Origin: an uncultured delta proteobacterium
GTDB lineage: Bacteria > Desulfobacterota > Binatia > DP-6
Assembly: GCA_963815115.1 (NCBI GenBank)
Contig: CAWFFN010000008.1
Coordinates: 128,001-192,000 of the forward strand
DNA length: 64,000 nucleotides
Direction: 5' to 3'
Both the position numbers and the translations under genes were made by a program. Under the pieces are notes generated by a model. It saw only the letters and a program-made list of their open reading frames with translations. It was not told where the DNA came from and did no database searches. Shown piece by piece: positions 13,583-24,023 of the stretch (the first letter of the stretch is position 1; the number at the start of each line of letters is the position of its first letter).

Positions 13583-15805
13583 ATGCGCCGCGTCCGCGAT
13601 CGTCTGCCGGCCCTGGTCTTCCCGGCGCTGCTCGTGCTCACCGCCGGGTGGTGGGTGTTCGGCTACATGGCGAGGCGCGAGGGCATTCCCTCCTACGACA
13701 TCTACGCCTCCTCCTACCCGAACATGGTGTACGCGCTGCGCAGCCTGCGCGAGGGCTACGGCCTCCTGTGGAATCCCCTTCAGAACTGCGGACAGCCCTT
13801 CCCTCCCGCAACCGCGCTCAGCGCCTTCTACCCCCTGAACCTCGTCTTCCTCGTCGTCGACGTCGACCGCGGCGTGCTCGTCATCGCATTCCTCCACCTC
13901 GTCCTCGCCGCCCTCGGCACCTACCTGCTGTGCCGCGAGATCGGCCTCGGCCGTCCCGCGGCGTTCTGCGGCGCCATCAGCCTGGAGCTGGGGAATCACC
14001 TGTGCTGGCTCGCCGGGTGGCATCCGATCCCGATCCTCGGCGCCCTCGTCTGGCTGCCCTGGGCGCTGCGCTGGTGCGAGCGCATCCTGCGCGTTCCGAC
14101 CTGGCGGGCCGGCCTCTGGCTCGCCATCGTGCTGGCCCTCTCCTTGCTCGCGGCATTCCCGCAGAACACGACGTTCATCTACCTGCTCCTGGCGCTCCGC
14201 ATCGCCTGGGAGGCGGTGACGGTCGGGACGCGGCCCGTCATGCGCGCCTCGGGCGTGCTGGTGCTCGGCCTCCTCCTTCCCCTGGCGCTGGCCGCGGCCC
14301 AGCTGATTCCGGGTTCCGAGTTCGCCGCCCGCTCCCTGCGCAACCATCGGCTCGAGCTCACGGAGATGCGCGGCGGCAATCCCCTCTTCGACTGGACGGC
14401 GTTCCGCACGGCCCTCGCCCAGCGTGCCTACCAGTTCTGGCCCGGATCCATCGCGTTCGCCGCCCTGGCGCCGCTCGCGCTCGTCGCGCGCGCAACGCGC
14501 CGGCAGGCGGGGCTCTACGCCCTCGTGGTCGCAGCCTCCGTGGCCCTCGCCATCGACGGACCGGTGCTGCGTGCGTCCCTCCACGTTCCCCTCGGCCGGA
14601 CGTTCCGTTTCCCCGATCGCCGTCTCTGGATCGCCGCCTTCGGCGCCGCCATGCTGACGGCGCTCGGCGCGCAGGCGCTCGCCGGCGGCGCCGCCGGCTG
14701 GCGGCCTGCACGCGCGCTGCTCGTGCTCGCCGGCGCTGCCATCCTGTGGGGACTGGGAGGCACCCGTCCTCCGCCCGCCGAGCTGTGGACGGTCGCCGGC
14801 CTCGCGCTCCTCGCGGCGCTGCCGGCGATGCGGGGTGCCCGCGGCGACCGCGCGCCCGGGGCCGGCCTGGCAGCGGCCGCCGTGGTCGCCGCCTTCACGC
14901 TCTTCGCATCACGCTTCATCCTGTTCACCTACGCTGACGGCGACGCGCTCCTCGGCTCGGACGCGCCCGCGTTCGAGCTGCTGCGCAGCCGCATGACCGC
15001 CCAGGACCGTTTCTACGCCGTGGCGCCGAACGCGCGCCTGGGTCTCACCTACAAGATCGCCTCCGTGACCGGCCTGCCGTCCACTACTGACTACGAGGCC
15101 CAGACCTCGCGTCGCTTCGCCGAGCTCGAGGTGATGATGCGCCTCGGCCGGCCGATGACCACCATCAACGACTACAACCTGCGCTTCACGCAGGCGCCGC
15201 GGAACCGCCGCATCTTCGACCTGCTGGCAGCGCGCTACCTCCTGGTCGATCCGCATGGCGAGCACCTTCCCGGCCCGCTCCTCGCCTCGCTGCGCGAGGT
15301 CGGGACGGCCGGCGACGTGGTGCTCTACGAGAACCCCCAGGCCTTCCCCCGCGCCTTCTACGTCGCGACCGCGGTCACCGAGACCGAGCCCGTCCGCAGC
15401 CTCGAGATGCTCGCCACCGGCGACCTCGATCTCCACCGCACGGTGATCCTGAGCGCTCCTCCGCCACCCGGCGCCGGCGGCGGATCGCCGGGCGCCACCG
15501 GCGAGGTTCGCATCGAATCGGACCGCGCGGAACGCGTGCAGCTCGCGGTGCACGCCGACGCTCCCGGCTTCGTCGTCCTCACCGATCAGGACTATCCCGG
15601 CTGGTCGGTCACCGTGAACGGCGAGCCCGCCCCGCTCCTGCCGGCGAATCACGCCTTCCGTGCCGTGCCCGTCCCCGCCGGCGAGTCGACCGTCGTGTGG
15701 ATCTACCGGCCGTGGTCGCTCTGGATCGGCATCGGCATCTCGCTCGTCACCTTCATCGCGGTCGCCGTCGCGTTGTCGTGGCCTGCCGGCCGCCGCGCGC
15801 CGTGA
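13583..15805 (+). CDS. YfhO-family polytopic membrane protein (putative GT-C glycosyltransferase)
   Basis: LLWNPLQNCGQPF...FYPLN, FRFPDR, C-terminal LTDQDYPGW...ANHAFRAV...YRPWS followed by a TM helix. Confidence 0.85.
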   Translation: MRRVRDRLPALVFPALLVLTAGWWVFGYMARREGIPSYDIYASSYPNMVYALRSLREGYGLLWNPLQNCGQPFPPATALSAFYPLNLVFLVVDVDRGVLVIAFLHLVLAALGTYLLCREIGLGRPAAFCGAISLELGNHLCWLAGWHPIPILGALVWLPWALRWCERILRVPTWRAGLWLAIVLALSLLAAFPQNTTFIYLLLALRIAWEAVTVGTRPVMRASGVLVLGLLLPLALAAAQLIPGSEFAARSLRNHRLELTEMRGGNPLFDWTAFRTALAQRAYQFWPGSIAFAALAPLALVARATRRQAGLYALVVAASVALAIDGPVLRASLHVPLGRTFRFPDRRLWIAAFGAAMLTALGAQALAGGAAGWRPARALLVLAGAAILWGLGGTRPPPAELWTVAGLALLAALPAMRGARGDRAPGAGLAAAAVVAAFTLFASRFILFTYADGDALLGSDAPAFELLRSRMTAQDRFYAVAPNARLGLTYKIASVTGLPSTTDYEAQTSRRFAELEVMMRLGRPMTTINDYNLRFTQAPRNRRIFDLLAARYLLVDPHGEHLPGPLLASLREVGTAGDVVLYENPQAFPRAFYVATAVTETEPVRSLEMLATGDLDLHRTVILSAPPPPGAGGGSPGATGEVRIESDRAERVQLAVHADAPGFVVLTDQDYPGWSVTVNGEPAPLLPANHAFRAVPVPAGESTVVWIYRPWSLWIGIGISLVTFIAVAVALSWPAGRRAP

Positions 15806-15817
15806 AGCCCGCGTGGC

Positions 15818-16618
15818 TCACGCGCGGTCGATGCGCACCGCCGACTCGACGCGCGAGCCCAGGAAGCGCTGGCCGATGCGGACGAAGCGATCGGGCGCGT
15901 CGGTGACGAAGAAGCTGGTCGAGCCCGGACCGTTCGCTCGCACGGTCCCGTCGGCCTCGAGCCGGGCCGCGACCTCGCGCGCGGTCTCCTCCGCCGAGTC
16001 GACGAGCGTCACCGACGGCCCCATCACCTCGGTGATCAGCGCCTTCAGCAACGGATAGTGCGTGCAGCCGAGGATCAGGGTGTCGATCCCGCTGCGCGCG
16101 AGGCTCGAGAGGTAGGTCTCGGCAACGTTGCGCGCGACGGGTCCCTCGGTCCAGCCCTCCTCGGCGAGCGGGACGAAGAGCGGGCACGGGCGCGTGAAGA
16201 GCTCCAGGTGTGGGGCGTGCGCCCGGAGCGAACGCGTGTAGGCGCCGGAAGCGATCACCGCTTCGGTGCCGATGACGCCGACGCGGCCGTTCCGGGTCGC
16301 CCGGACGGCCGCCCGGGCTCCGGGTTCGACGACGCCGATCACCGGCACCGGCACGTGCGCCCGCAACGTCTCGAGCGCGGTGGCGGTGGCCGTGTTGCAG
16401 GCGATGACCAGCAGCTTCAGGTGGCGCTCGACCAGGAAGTCGGCGCTCTCCAGCGCGTAGCGCGTGACGATCTCCGGCGACCGGCTGCCGTACGGATAGC
16501 GTCCGGTGTCGCCCAGGTAGATCAGGTGCTCGTTCGGCACCGCGCCCAGCACGGCGTGGAGCACGGTGAGGCCCCCGACCCCGGAGTCGAAGATGCCGAT
16601 GGCGGCGTCGCGGTCCAT
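15818..16618 (-). CDS. murI: Glutamate racemase
   Basis: IGIFDSGVGGLTV, YPYG, IACNTA, LGCTHYP. Confidence 0.97.
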   Translation of the reverse strand: MDRDAAIGIFDSGVGGLTVLHAVLGAVPNEHLIYLGDTGRYPYGSRSPEIVTRYALESADFLVERHLKLLVIACNTATATALETLRAHVPVPVIGVVEPGARAAVRATRNGRVGVIGTEAVIASGAYTRSLRAHAPHLELFTRPCPLFVPLAEEGWTEGPVARNVAETYLSSLARSGIDTLILGCTHYPLLKALITEVMGPSVTLVDSAEETAREVAARLEADGTVRANGPGSTSFFVTDAPDRFVRIGQRFLGSRVESAVRIDRA

Positions 16619-16659
16619 CGTGGCTGGCGCGCGCCCCATATGCCGGACGCCGGCAGCGC

Positions 16660-17259
16660 TCACAAGCGGCCGGACGGACGTTCGGGCGCGGCGAGCCACC
16701 CGCGCAGCGCGCGCCAGAGGTCGTCGCGTCCGGCCCCCGTCCGGGCGGAGAAGCCGACGACCGGCGTGCCGGTGCGCGCGCGCAGGGCCGCGAGCGCGGC
16801 ACCCGCCGCCGCCCGCCCGAGCTTGTCGAGCTTGGTCGCGACGACCGCCGCGGGCAGCCCGACGTGGGCGAGGAACTGGAGCAGCTGCTCCTCCTCGTCC
16901 TCGGCGCCGCGCCGGGCGTCGACCAGGAGCGCGACGCCGCGCAACGTCGGCCGCTCGCGCAGGTAGGCCTCGACCAGGGGTCCCCAGCTCCGGCGCTCGG
17001 CCTCGGGGCCGACGGCGAAGCCGTAGCCCGGGAGATCCGCGACGACGAAGCGCTCGTTGACGAGGAAGTAGTTGATCTGCCGCGTGCGACCCGGCGTCCC
17101 GCTGGTGCGCGCCAGCCCGCGGCGGCCGAGCAGCGCGTTCAGCAGCGACGATTTCCCGACGTTCGAGCGACCCGCGATCGCCACCTCGGGACCGTGCGGC
17201 GGCGGGCCGCCGCCCGGCGTGGCCGCGGCGCCGAGAAACCGGGCCGCGGTGATCTTCAC
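16660..17259 (-). CDS. engB: Ribosome biogenesis GTPase YihA/YsxC
   Basis: GRSNVGKSS, PGRT, DLPGYG, TKLDK, FSA; GTG start at 17259. Confidence 0.93.
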   Translation of the reverse strand: MKITAARFLGAAATPGGGPPPHGPEVAIAGRSNVGKSSLLNALLGRRGLARTSGTPGRTRQINYFLVNERFVVADLPGYGFAVGPEAERRSWGPLVEAYLRERPTLRGVALLVDARRGAEDEEEQLLQFLAHVGLPAAVVATKLDKLGRAAAGAALAALRARTGTPVVGFSARTGAGRDDLWRALRGWLAAPERPSGRL

Positions 17260-17267
17260 ACGGGTGC

Positions 17268-17870
17268 TCAGCCCGCGGGCGGTGGGGCGGGTTTGTCGAT
17301 CCCGAGCGCCTTGTTCACGATGTCGACCTGCCGGATGTAGGTCTCGCGGAGCGCTCCCTTCTGCAGGGAGTCGACCAGCAGCGGCGACTTGTCCTTGCTC
17401 GTCTGCTTGAAGGTCAGGGTCGTGCCCTTGCCGTCGGGGCTCGGCGTCAGCTTGTACTCGGAGTTGATGTCCGCGAGCTTGAAGTCGACCGACTTCTGCT
17501 CGATGCGCTTCTCGCTCGGGAAGAACTGGATCTGGTTCCGGATGTTCTGCACCTTGAAGCCGGGCGGCAGGATGTCGAGCTTGAAGACCAGGTCGACGAC
17601 CTTGGTGTCGCCGTCCTTGCTGACCAGCTCCGACTTGAGGATGTTGTCGGGCGCCATCTCGTGCATCCGCTCCGGCTGGATCATGGCCTCCCACACCTTG
17701 TCCACCGGCGCGTCGATCTTGGAGGTGAAGTTCACCTTCCAGGTGTCGCCATCCTTCACGATGCTCTCGGTCGAGATCTCCTTGACCGGGCCTTCCTGGG
17801 TCCGGCTGCATCCGCCGCAGCCGGCGAAGCCGACGGCGAGGGCGAGAAGGGCGAGGGAGACACATCTCAT
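17268..17870 (-). CDS. SRPBCC/START-fold lipoprotein
   Basis: Lipobox-like VGFAGC; IDAPVDKVWE is typical of the SRPBCC N-terminus. Confidence 0.65.
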   Translation of the reverse strand: MRCVSLALLALAVGFAGCGGCSRTQEGPVKEISTESIVKDGDTWKVNFTSKIDAPVDKVWEAMIQPERMHEMAPDNILKSELVSKDGDTKVVDLVFKLDILPPGFKVQNIRNQIQFFPSEKRIEQKSVDFKLADINSEYKLTPSPDGKGTTLTFKQTSKDKSPLLVDSLQKGALRETYIRQVDIVNKALGIDKPAPPPAG

Positions 17871-17926
17871 GGGGCGCTCTTAGCCGAAGCCGCCCGGGAC
17901 GCACAAGGCCCCACTCCGGGCGGCGG

Positions 17927-18616
17927 TCAGCGGCCGGTGTCGAACAGCACGCGCAACACCGAGCGCACGATGCGCAGCGTGTCGGCCCACGGCCGGTAGT
18001 GGCTCACGCGCTCCGCGATCGGCGGGTAGTGGACGCGGACGGGAACGCCGCGCACGTCGATACCGCGACGTGCGGCGCGCAGGAGCACCTCGGTCTCGAA
18101 GTCGTAGCGGCTGCCGCGGGTGTCGAGGGCGAGCGTCGCGGCGATCGGGTAGACCCGGAAGCCGGATTGCGTGTCGGGCAGCGGCCGCCCCGCGAGCCAG
18201 CGCATGAACCGGTCGGCCACCCAGTTGCCGAATCGGGCGGAGCGCTTGATGGCGAATCCCTCTTTCCGCCGCACGCCGACCACGATGGCGTCCGGCGCCG
18301 CGTCCGCCGCGGCCAGCAGCGCCGGGATCTCCTCGGGCAGGTGCTGCCCGTCGGCGTCGAGGGTCAGCGCGCGCTCGAACCCGGCCGCAGCGAGATGGCG
18401 CAAGCCGGTCACCAGCGCCGCCCCCTTCCCGTGATTGACGGGATGGCGCAGCACCTCCGCGCCCGCCGCCGCCGCTCGCGCCGCGGTGTCGTCGGCGGAG
18501 CCGTCGTCGACCACCACGACCGGCGCGAGCACGGGCAGCGTGCCGGCGACGACCGCGGCGATGCTCGTGGCGGCGTTGTAGGCCGGCACGAGCGCCGCGG
18601 TGCGGGGCGGACTCAC
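17927..18616 (-). CDS. Glycosyltransferase family 2 (DPM1-like)
   Basis: VPAYN, VVDDGSAD, NHGKG, LDADGQH, DTQSGFRVYP, RVSHYRP; resembles the GT2 of aryl-polyene/flexirubin clusters. Confidence 0.92.
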   Translation of the reverse strand: MSPPRTAALVPAYNAATSIAAVVAGTLPVLAPVVVVDDGSADDTAARAAAAGAEVLRHPVNHGKGAALVTGLRHLAAAGFERALTLDADGQHLPEEIPALLAAADAAPDAIVVGVRRKEGFAIKRSARFGNWVADRFMRWLAGRPLPDTQSGFRVYPIAATLALDTRGSRYDFETEVLLRAARRGIDVRGVPVRVHYPPIAERVSHYRPWADTLRIVRSVLRVLFDTGR

Positions 18617-20064
18617 GCCCGCGCGGGCGCGGGCGACGTCGCGAGCCAGTCGCGCACGCCCACGCGGACATAGGTTGCCACGCGGCGCGCGAAGCGCGGC
18701 TCGCCGAGCAGCGTGCGCGCGAGCCCCCAGAGCACGTCGCGCCGCGAGTAGAAGGTCCGGTAGGCGCGCCGGAACCAGCGCTCGAGCGTCTCCGGGGTGA
18801 GGCCGTGCGGCACGAACACCCAGTGCATGCCGTTCATGCGTTCCCAGTCCTCGTCGAAGGTGCCCTGGCTGCGGATCGCGGCGTAGGACGGCGTGCCGGG
18901 AAACGGCGTGAACTTCGTGATCTGCACCAGGTCGAGCGGCGCGTGGCGCAGGAAGGCCACCGTCTCGCGCAGGCTGTCCTCGTCCTCGGTGGGATGCGCC
19001 ATCATCAGGAGACCCTTCGCCCGGATGCCGGCGGCGCGGGTCAGGCGAAGGGTCTCCAGGAGCCGCGGCAGCTTCACCTCGCGCTTCACCACGTCGAGCA
19101 CGCGCTGCGAGCCCGACTCGATGCCGTAGGCGATCTGCCAGCAGCCGGCGCGCTGCATGAGACGGAGCGTGTCGAGGTCGAGCAGGTTGGGATGGCTGTT
19201 GCAGCTCCAGGTGAAGCGGAAGCCCTCGCCGAGGAAGCGCTCGCACAGCTCGACGACTCGCGGGCGGCTCACCGTGAAGAGGTCGTCGTAGAAGAGCACG
19301 TGGCGCACCCCGAGGGCCGACAGCCGGCGGCACAGGGCGACGACGTAGTCCACGCCGTGGAACCGCCCGCGCCGGCCGCTGGTGGAGCGGTCGCAGAACG
19401 TGCAGGAGAACGGACAGCCACGCGACGTCACGATACTCGCGACCGGCGTGTGGCGGTAGTTGAACACGTTCGGCTGGAAGCGCACCGGGAACTCCGGGAG
19501 CACATCCCAGGCCGGCGGCGGCAGGCGGTCGAGCGCCTCGCCGTCGAGATAGGGGGCGCGAGCGGTGGCGCGCACGCCGTCAGCGGCGCGCCGGACGAGG
19601 CCGGCGACGCCGCCGGGGTCGTCACCACGCGCGAGCCGCTCGATCAGCTCGGGGTACGAGCGCTCGCCCTCCCCGACGATCCCGTAGTCGAACGCGGGAA
19701 AGGCGTTCAGGGTGCGCTCGGGAATCGCGCTCACGTGCGGACCGCCCACGGTGATCGTCGCGCGCGGCACGAGCTCCTTCACCCGGGCGGCGAGGCGCCC
19801 GGCGTTGGTGACGGAGATGGTCGTGGCGCTGATGCCGACGTGGTCGGGATCGCCGGCCGCGACCGCCCGGGCGACCTCCTCGAGCGGCGTCCCCGTCCGC
19901 TTGCCATCCACCATGTGGACGCGATGGCCAGCGGCACGTATCACCGCCGCGAGGGTGAGGGTGCCGATGCCCGGCATGTCCTCCTCGCCCTCCCGGATCC
20001 GATCCATCCGCCGGTCCCAGCACACGTAGGGTGGCTCGACCAGGACGACGGTCTGCGGGCGCAC
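18613..20064 (-). CDS. Cobalamin-binding radical SAM protein #1
   Basis: B12-binding N-domain (GISATT, VGGPH, GEGE), SRGCPFSCTFC, FYDDLFT, GIESGS; GTG start at 20064. Confidence 0.92.
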   Translation of the reverse strand: MRPQTVVLVEPPYVCWDRRMDRIREGEEDMPGIGTLTLAAVIRAAGHRVHMVDGKRTGTPLEEVARAVAAGDPDHVGISATTISVTNAGRLAARVKELVPRATITVGGPHVSAIPERTLNAFPAFDYGIVGEGERSYPELIERLARGDDPGGVAGLVRRAADGVRATARAPYLDGEALDRLPPPAWDVLPEFPVRFQPNVFNYRHTPVASIVTSRGCPFSCTFCDRSTSGRRGRFHGVDYVVALCRRLSALGVRHVLFYDDLFTVSRPRVVELCERFLGEGFRFTWSCNSHPNLLDLDTLRLMQRAGCWQIAYGIESGSQRVLDVVKREVKLPRLLETLRLTRAAGIRAKGLLMMAHPTEDEDSLRETVAFLRHAPLDLVQITKFTPFPGTPSYAAIRSQGTFDEDWERMNGMHWVFVPHGLTPETLERWFRRAYRTFYSRRDVLWGLARTLLGEPRFARRVATYVRVGVRDWLATSPAPARA

Positions 20065-20134
20065 GGGCAGCCTATAGCGAAAGTCGGTCCGCGCGACCAC
20101 CCGCGAGTGCGCGCCGGCGGGCGAGCGGCGCGGA

Positions 20135-21661
20135 TCAGATCGCGAGCGCGTCCAGGGCGGTGGCGAGGCGCTCGACGTCGTCACCGAGCGGGCGATCCTC
20201 GACGAGCGGCGGCACGATGCCGCGCACCGCGGCGTATGCCGCGCGGGTGCCGGCGCCGAGGCCGTCCTTGCCACGCAGATCCACCGCCTCGGCCGCGGCC
20301 AGGAGCTCGATCGCCACCACCCGGCGTGCGTTCTCGAGCAGGAGCCGCGCCTGTCGCACCGCCACCGTCCCCATGCCGACCACGTCCTGGTTGTTGGCAT
20401 TGGTCGGCACCGAGCCGAGCGAGGCCGGGTGGGCCAGCACCGCGTTCTCCGCCACGGTCGCGCTGGCGCAGTACTGCAACCCCATGAGGCCGCTGCGCAG
20501 CCCGGCGGAATCGCGGATCAGGAACGGCGGCAGGCCGTCGTTGGTGGCCGGGTCGAGCAGGCGTGCCAGCCGGCGTTCCGAGAACAGCGCCACCTCCGCC
20601 AGCGCGACCTTGAGGTGGTCCGCCGCCAGGGCCAGCGGCTGGCCGTGGAAGTTGCCGGCATGCAGCACCGTATCCTCCTCCGGGAAGAAGACCGGGTTGT
20701 CGGTGACGGCATTGATCTCGACGCTGACGACGTCACGCACGTGGGCGATGGTGGCGCGCACGGCGCCCAGCACCTGCGGCACGCAGCGCAGCGTGTATGC
20801 GTCCTGGACCGGCCGGGCGCGCGCGTCGCCGGGGACACCCCGGGCCGCGGTATCGTGCAGGCGGCGGCTGCCCGCGAGCAGCGCCCGCAGGTGGGCTGCC
20901 GACGCGAGCTGCCCCGGCTGCGGGCGGACGCGATGCACGCGCTCGTCGAAGGCCTCCGGGTTGGCGCCGAAGACCTCGATGACGAGCGCCGCCGCGGTCT
21001 CGGCCGCCGCCACGAGTCGCTCCGCACCGACCACGACGAGCGCGGCTTGCCCTGCCTCGCACGAGGTCCCGTTCATCATCGCCAGCGCCTCGCGACCGTC
21101 CAGCGCGAGGGGTGTCAGTCCCGCCTCGTCGAGCGCTGCGGCCGCCGGGAGACGGCGCCCGTCGCGCTCGACCACGCCCTCGCCCGCCACGACCCGCGCC
21201 ACATGCGCCAGCTCGACCAGATCGCCGCTGGCGCCCACCGAGCCGATCTCGGGCACCAGCGGCACGATGCCGGCGTTCAGCAGGGCGACGAGCATCTCGA
21301 CCACCGCCGGACGCACGGCCGAGCGTCCCTGCGCCAGCGTCTGCGCGCGCACGGCCATCGTCGCGCGCACGACCTCGATGGGATGGGGCGGCCCGAGGCC
21401 GGTCGCGTGGCTGCGCACCAGGTTGAGCTGGAAGCGCGCCGTGTCGGCCGGCGACACGGGTCGGTCGCACAGCGGACCACAACCGGTATTGAGACCGTAG
21501 ACCACGCGGCCGGCCGCGACCAGGCGCTCGAGCTGACGGTGCGCGCGAGCCAGCCGATCGCGGGCGGTGGCATCGAGCACCACCGGCGCGCCCGGAGCGA
21601 TGCGACCGACGGTCTCGAGCGTGAGCGGCGCGCCGCCGCCGAGCACCTCCGGGGCCCGCAC
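20135..21661 (-). CDS. MIO-dependent aromatic amino acid ammonia-lyase, TAL/PAL-like
   Basis: YGLNTG, SVGASGDL (ASG MIO triad), MNGTS, QDAYTLRC, GNFHG, NNQDVVGMG; the start may be up to 21703. Confidence 0.92.
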   Translation of the reverse strand: MRAPEVLGGGAPLTLETVGRIAPGAPVVLDATARDRLARAHRQLERLVAAGRVVYGLNTGCGPLCDRPVSPADTARFQLNLVRSHATGLGPPHPIEVVRATMAVRAQTLAQGRSAVRPAVVEMLVALLNAGIVPLVPEIGSVGASGDLVELAHVARVVAGEGVVERDGRRLPAAAALDEAGLTPLALDGREALAMMNGTSCEAGQAALVVVGAERLVAAAETAAALVIEVFGANPEAFDERVHRVRPQPGQLASAAHLRALLAGSRRLHDTAARGVPGDARARPVQDAYTLRCVPQVLGAVRATIAHVRDVVSVEINAVTDNPVFFPEEDTVLHAGNFHGQPLALAADHLKVALAEVALFSERRLARLLDPATNDGLPPFLIRDSAGLRSGLMGLQYCASATVAENAVLAHPASLGSVPTNANNQDVVGMGTVAVRQARLLLENARRVVAIELLAAAEAVDLRGKDGLGAGTRAAYAAVRGIVPPLVEDRPLGDDVERLATALDALAI

Positions 21662-21755
21662 GGAACGCGACCCTAGCCAACGGAACCGAGCGGCGCAATC
21701 CACGACGATGCGGTCGGAGTTTGAACCGCCACTGCCACTTTGCTAACCGCGTTGC

Positions 21756-22322
21756 ATGCGATGTGCCGCTCTGCTCGGTCTCGGTGTCCTCGCGGCCGGG
21801 CTCGTCACGGCCTGCGCGCCGCACGACAGGGCCGTCGCCGACCCGCGCGTCGGTCATGCGTTCTACCTGTGCTGCAACCTGCACTACGACAAGCCGGAGA
21901 TCACCGACGCCAACTACAGCCAGGGTACGCTCGTTCCGTTCGCGACCCGCGTCGAGATCGTGAAGGTGACCAGGCAGGGCGTCGTGTTCAAGCCGGCCGG
22001 GCACGCGCAGCTCACCCTGGAGTACAAGCACGGCGGCAAGGCGGTCGCCTTCGACCAGTACCTGAGCCGCCTCTTCGTCACCGACGATCCGAGACTGAAG
22101 CTGCGCAAGGTGCCGGCGCGGCAGGTGAAGCAGATGGAGAGCGGCACCGTGACCCCGGGCATGAGCAAGGACCAGGTGCTGATGACGCTCGGCTATCCGC
22201 CGGGCGATCGCACCCCGTCGCTCGAGGCGGCCACGTGGACGTACTCTGCGAGCCCGTCGCAGACGTTCACCGTCTCGTTCGACGGCGGCGGCCGCGTGAC
22301 GCAGGTCACGCGGCCGCGATGA
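21756..22322 (+). CDS. Lipoprotein with a C-terminal SmpA/BamE-like motif
   Basis: Lipobox LVTAC; GMSKDQVLMTLGYPP...TWTY. Confidence 0.7.
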   Translation: MRCAALLGLGVLAAGLVTACAPHDRAVADPRVGHAFYLCCNLHYDKPEITDANYSQGTLVPFATRVEIVKVTRQGVVFKPAGHAQLTLEYKHGGKAVAFDQYLSRLFVTDDPRLKLRKVPARQVKQMESGTVTPGMSKDQVLMTLGYPPGDRTPSLEAATWTYSASPSQTFTVSFDGGGRVTQVTRPR

Positions 22323-22534
22323 CCCGCCGCCTCGCCTTCCGGCACGGGCCTTGTTCGGCAAGCCTACCCTGAACAGCGCGGTTGTGCGGCTATCTGCCGG
22401 CGGCGTCATCCGCGCGGTCGGCGAGGGCGTCGGCGATCGCGGGCGAAGGGGTCGAGCCTCGATCGCTTACCGCGAGTCAGCGGGTCCGGTCCCACCGGGC
22501 AGACGCGTGCAGAAGCGGCTGATATGGGACCGTC

Positions 22535-23059
22535 ATGACCATACGATCGAATCGAATGGCCGCACTCCTCATCATGCTCGGGACCGCGGCTGCCGTAGGC
22601 AAGTCGGTGCCGATCCACGCCGAGGATCAGATGATCACCTTGAACCCGCAGACATTGAAGTGGATCGCGATCCCCGACATGCCCGCCTGTGCGACTGCTG
22701 CGATTCTTCGCGGCAATCCGCGCTGGGGGCCGGCATGGGTGCTCCTCAGGCTGGCGTCAGGCTGCCAGGTCCCGTGGCACTGGCACAAGGCGAACGAGAC
22801 TCTGCTGGTCATCAGCGGGCGTGGCACCGTGACGGCGAAGGACGGGCCGCCCCTCGTGTTCGTGCCGGGCGCATTCTCCTACCTGCCCAGCCAACACGTG
22901 CACCAGGCCAGCTGCTCTCGCACGTGTGTGCTCTTCAACAGCGCCGATGCTGCGTTCGACATCCACTACGTGGGGGCGAGCGGGGAGGAGATCTCCTCCG
23001 AAGAGGCACTGCGACCCGCTCCGACGCCTGCCCCGAGGCCCAGGGGGAAGAGGCGATGA
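22535..23059 (+). CDS. Secreted cupin domain protein
   Basis: Signal peptide; PWHWH...E and PSQHVH cupin metal motifs. Confidence 0.8.
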   Translation: MTIRSNRMAALLIMLGTAAAVGKSVPIHAEDQMITLNPQTLKWIAIPDMPACATAAILRGNPRWGPAWVLLRLASGCQVPWHWHKANETLLVISGRGTVTAKDGPPLVFVPGAFSYLPSQHVHQASCSRTCVLFNSADAAFDIHYVGASGEEISSEEALRPAPTPAPRPRGKRR

Positions 23060-23063
23060 CGGG

Positions 23064-24023
23064 TCAGCCGCCGCCTTGCTGCGTCGGGCTTTGCCGTGCC
23101 GGGCGAAGATACCGGTCGAACCACGCAAGCGTGGCCTGCCACGCGGTGGTCGCCTCCTCCGGCTGACGGAAGTTGAAGAAGCGCCCTCCGTCGGGCACCA
23201 GCAGGACCTCGGCGGTGTGGCCGGCGGCTTTCATACGCGCGGCCATGCGCTGTGATTCCTCCGGAGGGATCAGTGTCTCCTGTGCTCCATGCACGAACAG
23301 AACGGGGGCGTGGACATACTCGGCCATGGACAGGGGCGAAGCCAGGTTGAGCTTCGATTGGAAATCGTCGTCGTCAGAAGCGCGGGATTCGACCCGCAGC
23401 TGCCAGCGCGCCAGGGCGAAGAGCGCGCGCGCCGAGAGGCCGGAGCGCTTACCCGCATACCAATGTGGGAAATCGGTGATCGGGTAGTAGGCCACGATCG
23501 CTTTGACGCGATCGGGGTCGTGCGCGGCCATGAGCAAGCTGACGACCGCACCTTCCGAGAAGCCGAGCGCGCCGATGCGGTTCTGATCGACTTCCGGATA
23601 TGCCTGCATCGTATCGAGTATCAGCGTGAGGTCGCCGCTCGATTGCCAGGCGAACATGCTCCGGCGGTACTTTCCCTCGATCCGACGTTCGTAGTCAGCG
23701 GCGATCGCGACGTATCCGCGCGCCGCGAGATCCCAGACGACTCCACGCATGTCAGAGGCCGTCCGCTCTTCCTCCGGAAAAACGAGGACGGTGGGGAACG
23801 GGCCCGCGCCAGGCGGGCGCGCGCCCTCGATGTGCATCTTGAGATCATCGCGGGCGAAATCGGCCGACCAGACGGTCAGCTCGGGAGCCGCTTGGTGGGG
23901 ATGAATCAGATAGTGATTCGTCTGCGCACAACTCACGAGCAGGATCACGCCGATTCCGAGCAGGGTCGGCGCGAGACCACGGATCCTCCGCGGCGATCCC
24001 GGTGCGTCGTCTCGATGGATCAT
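23064..24023 (-). CDS. Dienelactone hydrolase-like alpha/beta hydrolase, probable lipoprotein with a degenerate triad
   Basis: LLVSC lipobox; LAARGYVAIAADY, RIGALGFSEGA, PVLFVHG; expected catalytic His appears replaced (DGGRFF); start uncertain. Confidence 0.72.
   Translation of the reverse strand: MIHRDDAPGSPRRIRGLAPTLLGIGVILLVSCAQTNHYLIHPHQAAPELTVWSADFARDDLKMHIEGARPPGAGPFPTVLVFPEEERTASDMRGVVWDLAARGYVAIAADYERRIEGKYRRSMFAWQSSGDLTLILDTMQAYPEVDQNRIGALGFSEGAVVSLLMAAHDPDRVKAIVAYYPITDFPHWYAGKRSGLSARALFALARWQLRVESRASDDDDFQSKLNLASPLSMAEYVHAPVLFVHGAQETLIPPEESQRMAARMKAAGHTAEVLLVPDGGRFFNFRQPEEATTAWQATLAWFDRYLRPARQSPTQQGGG

Noticed and set aside
17889-17925. GC-rich inverted repeat GCCGCCCGG…CCGGGCGGC as a terminator
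   Set aside because: The loop is long and there is no U-tract; such stems arise easily by chance at this GC content.
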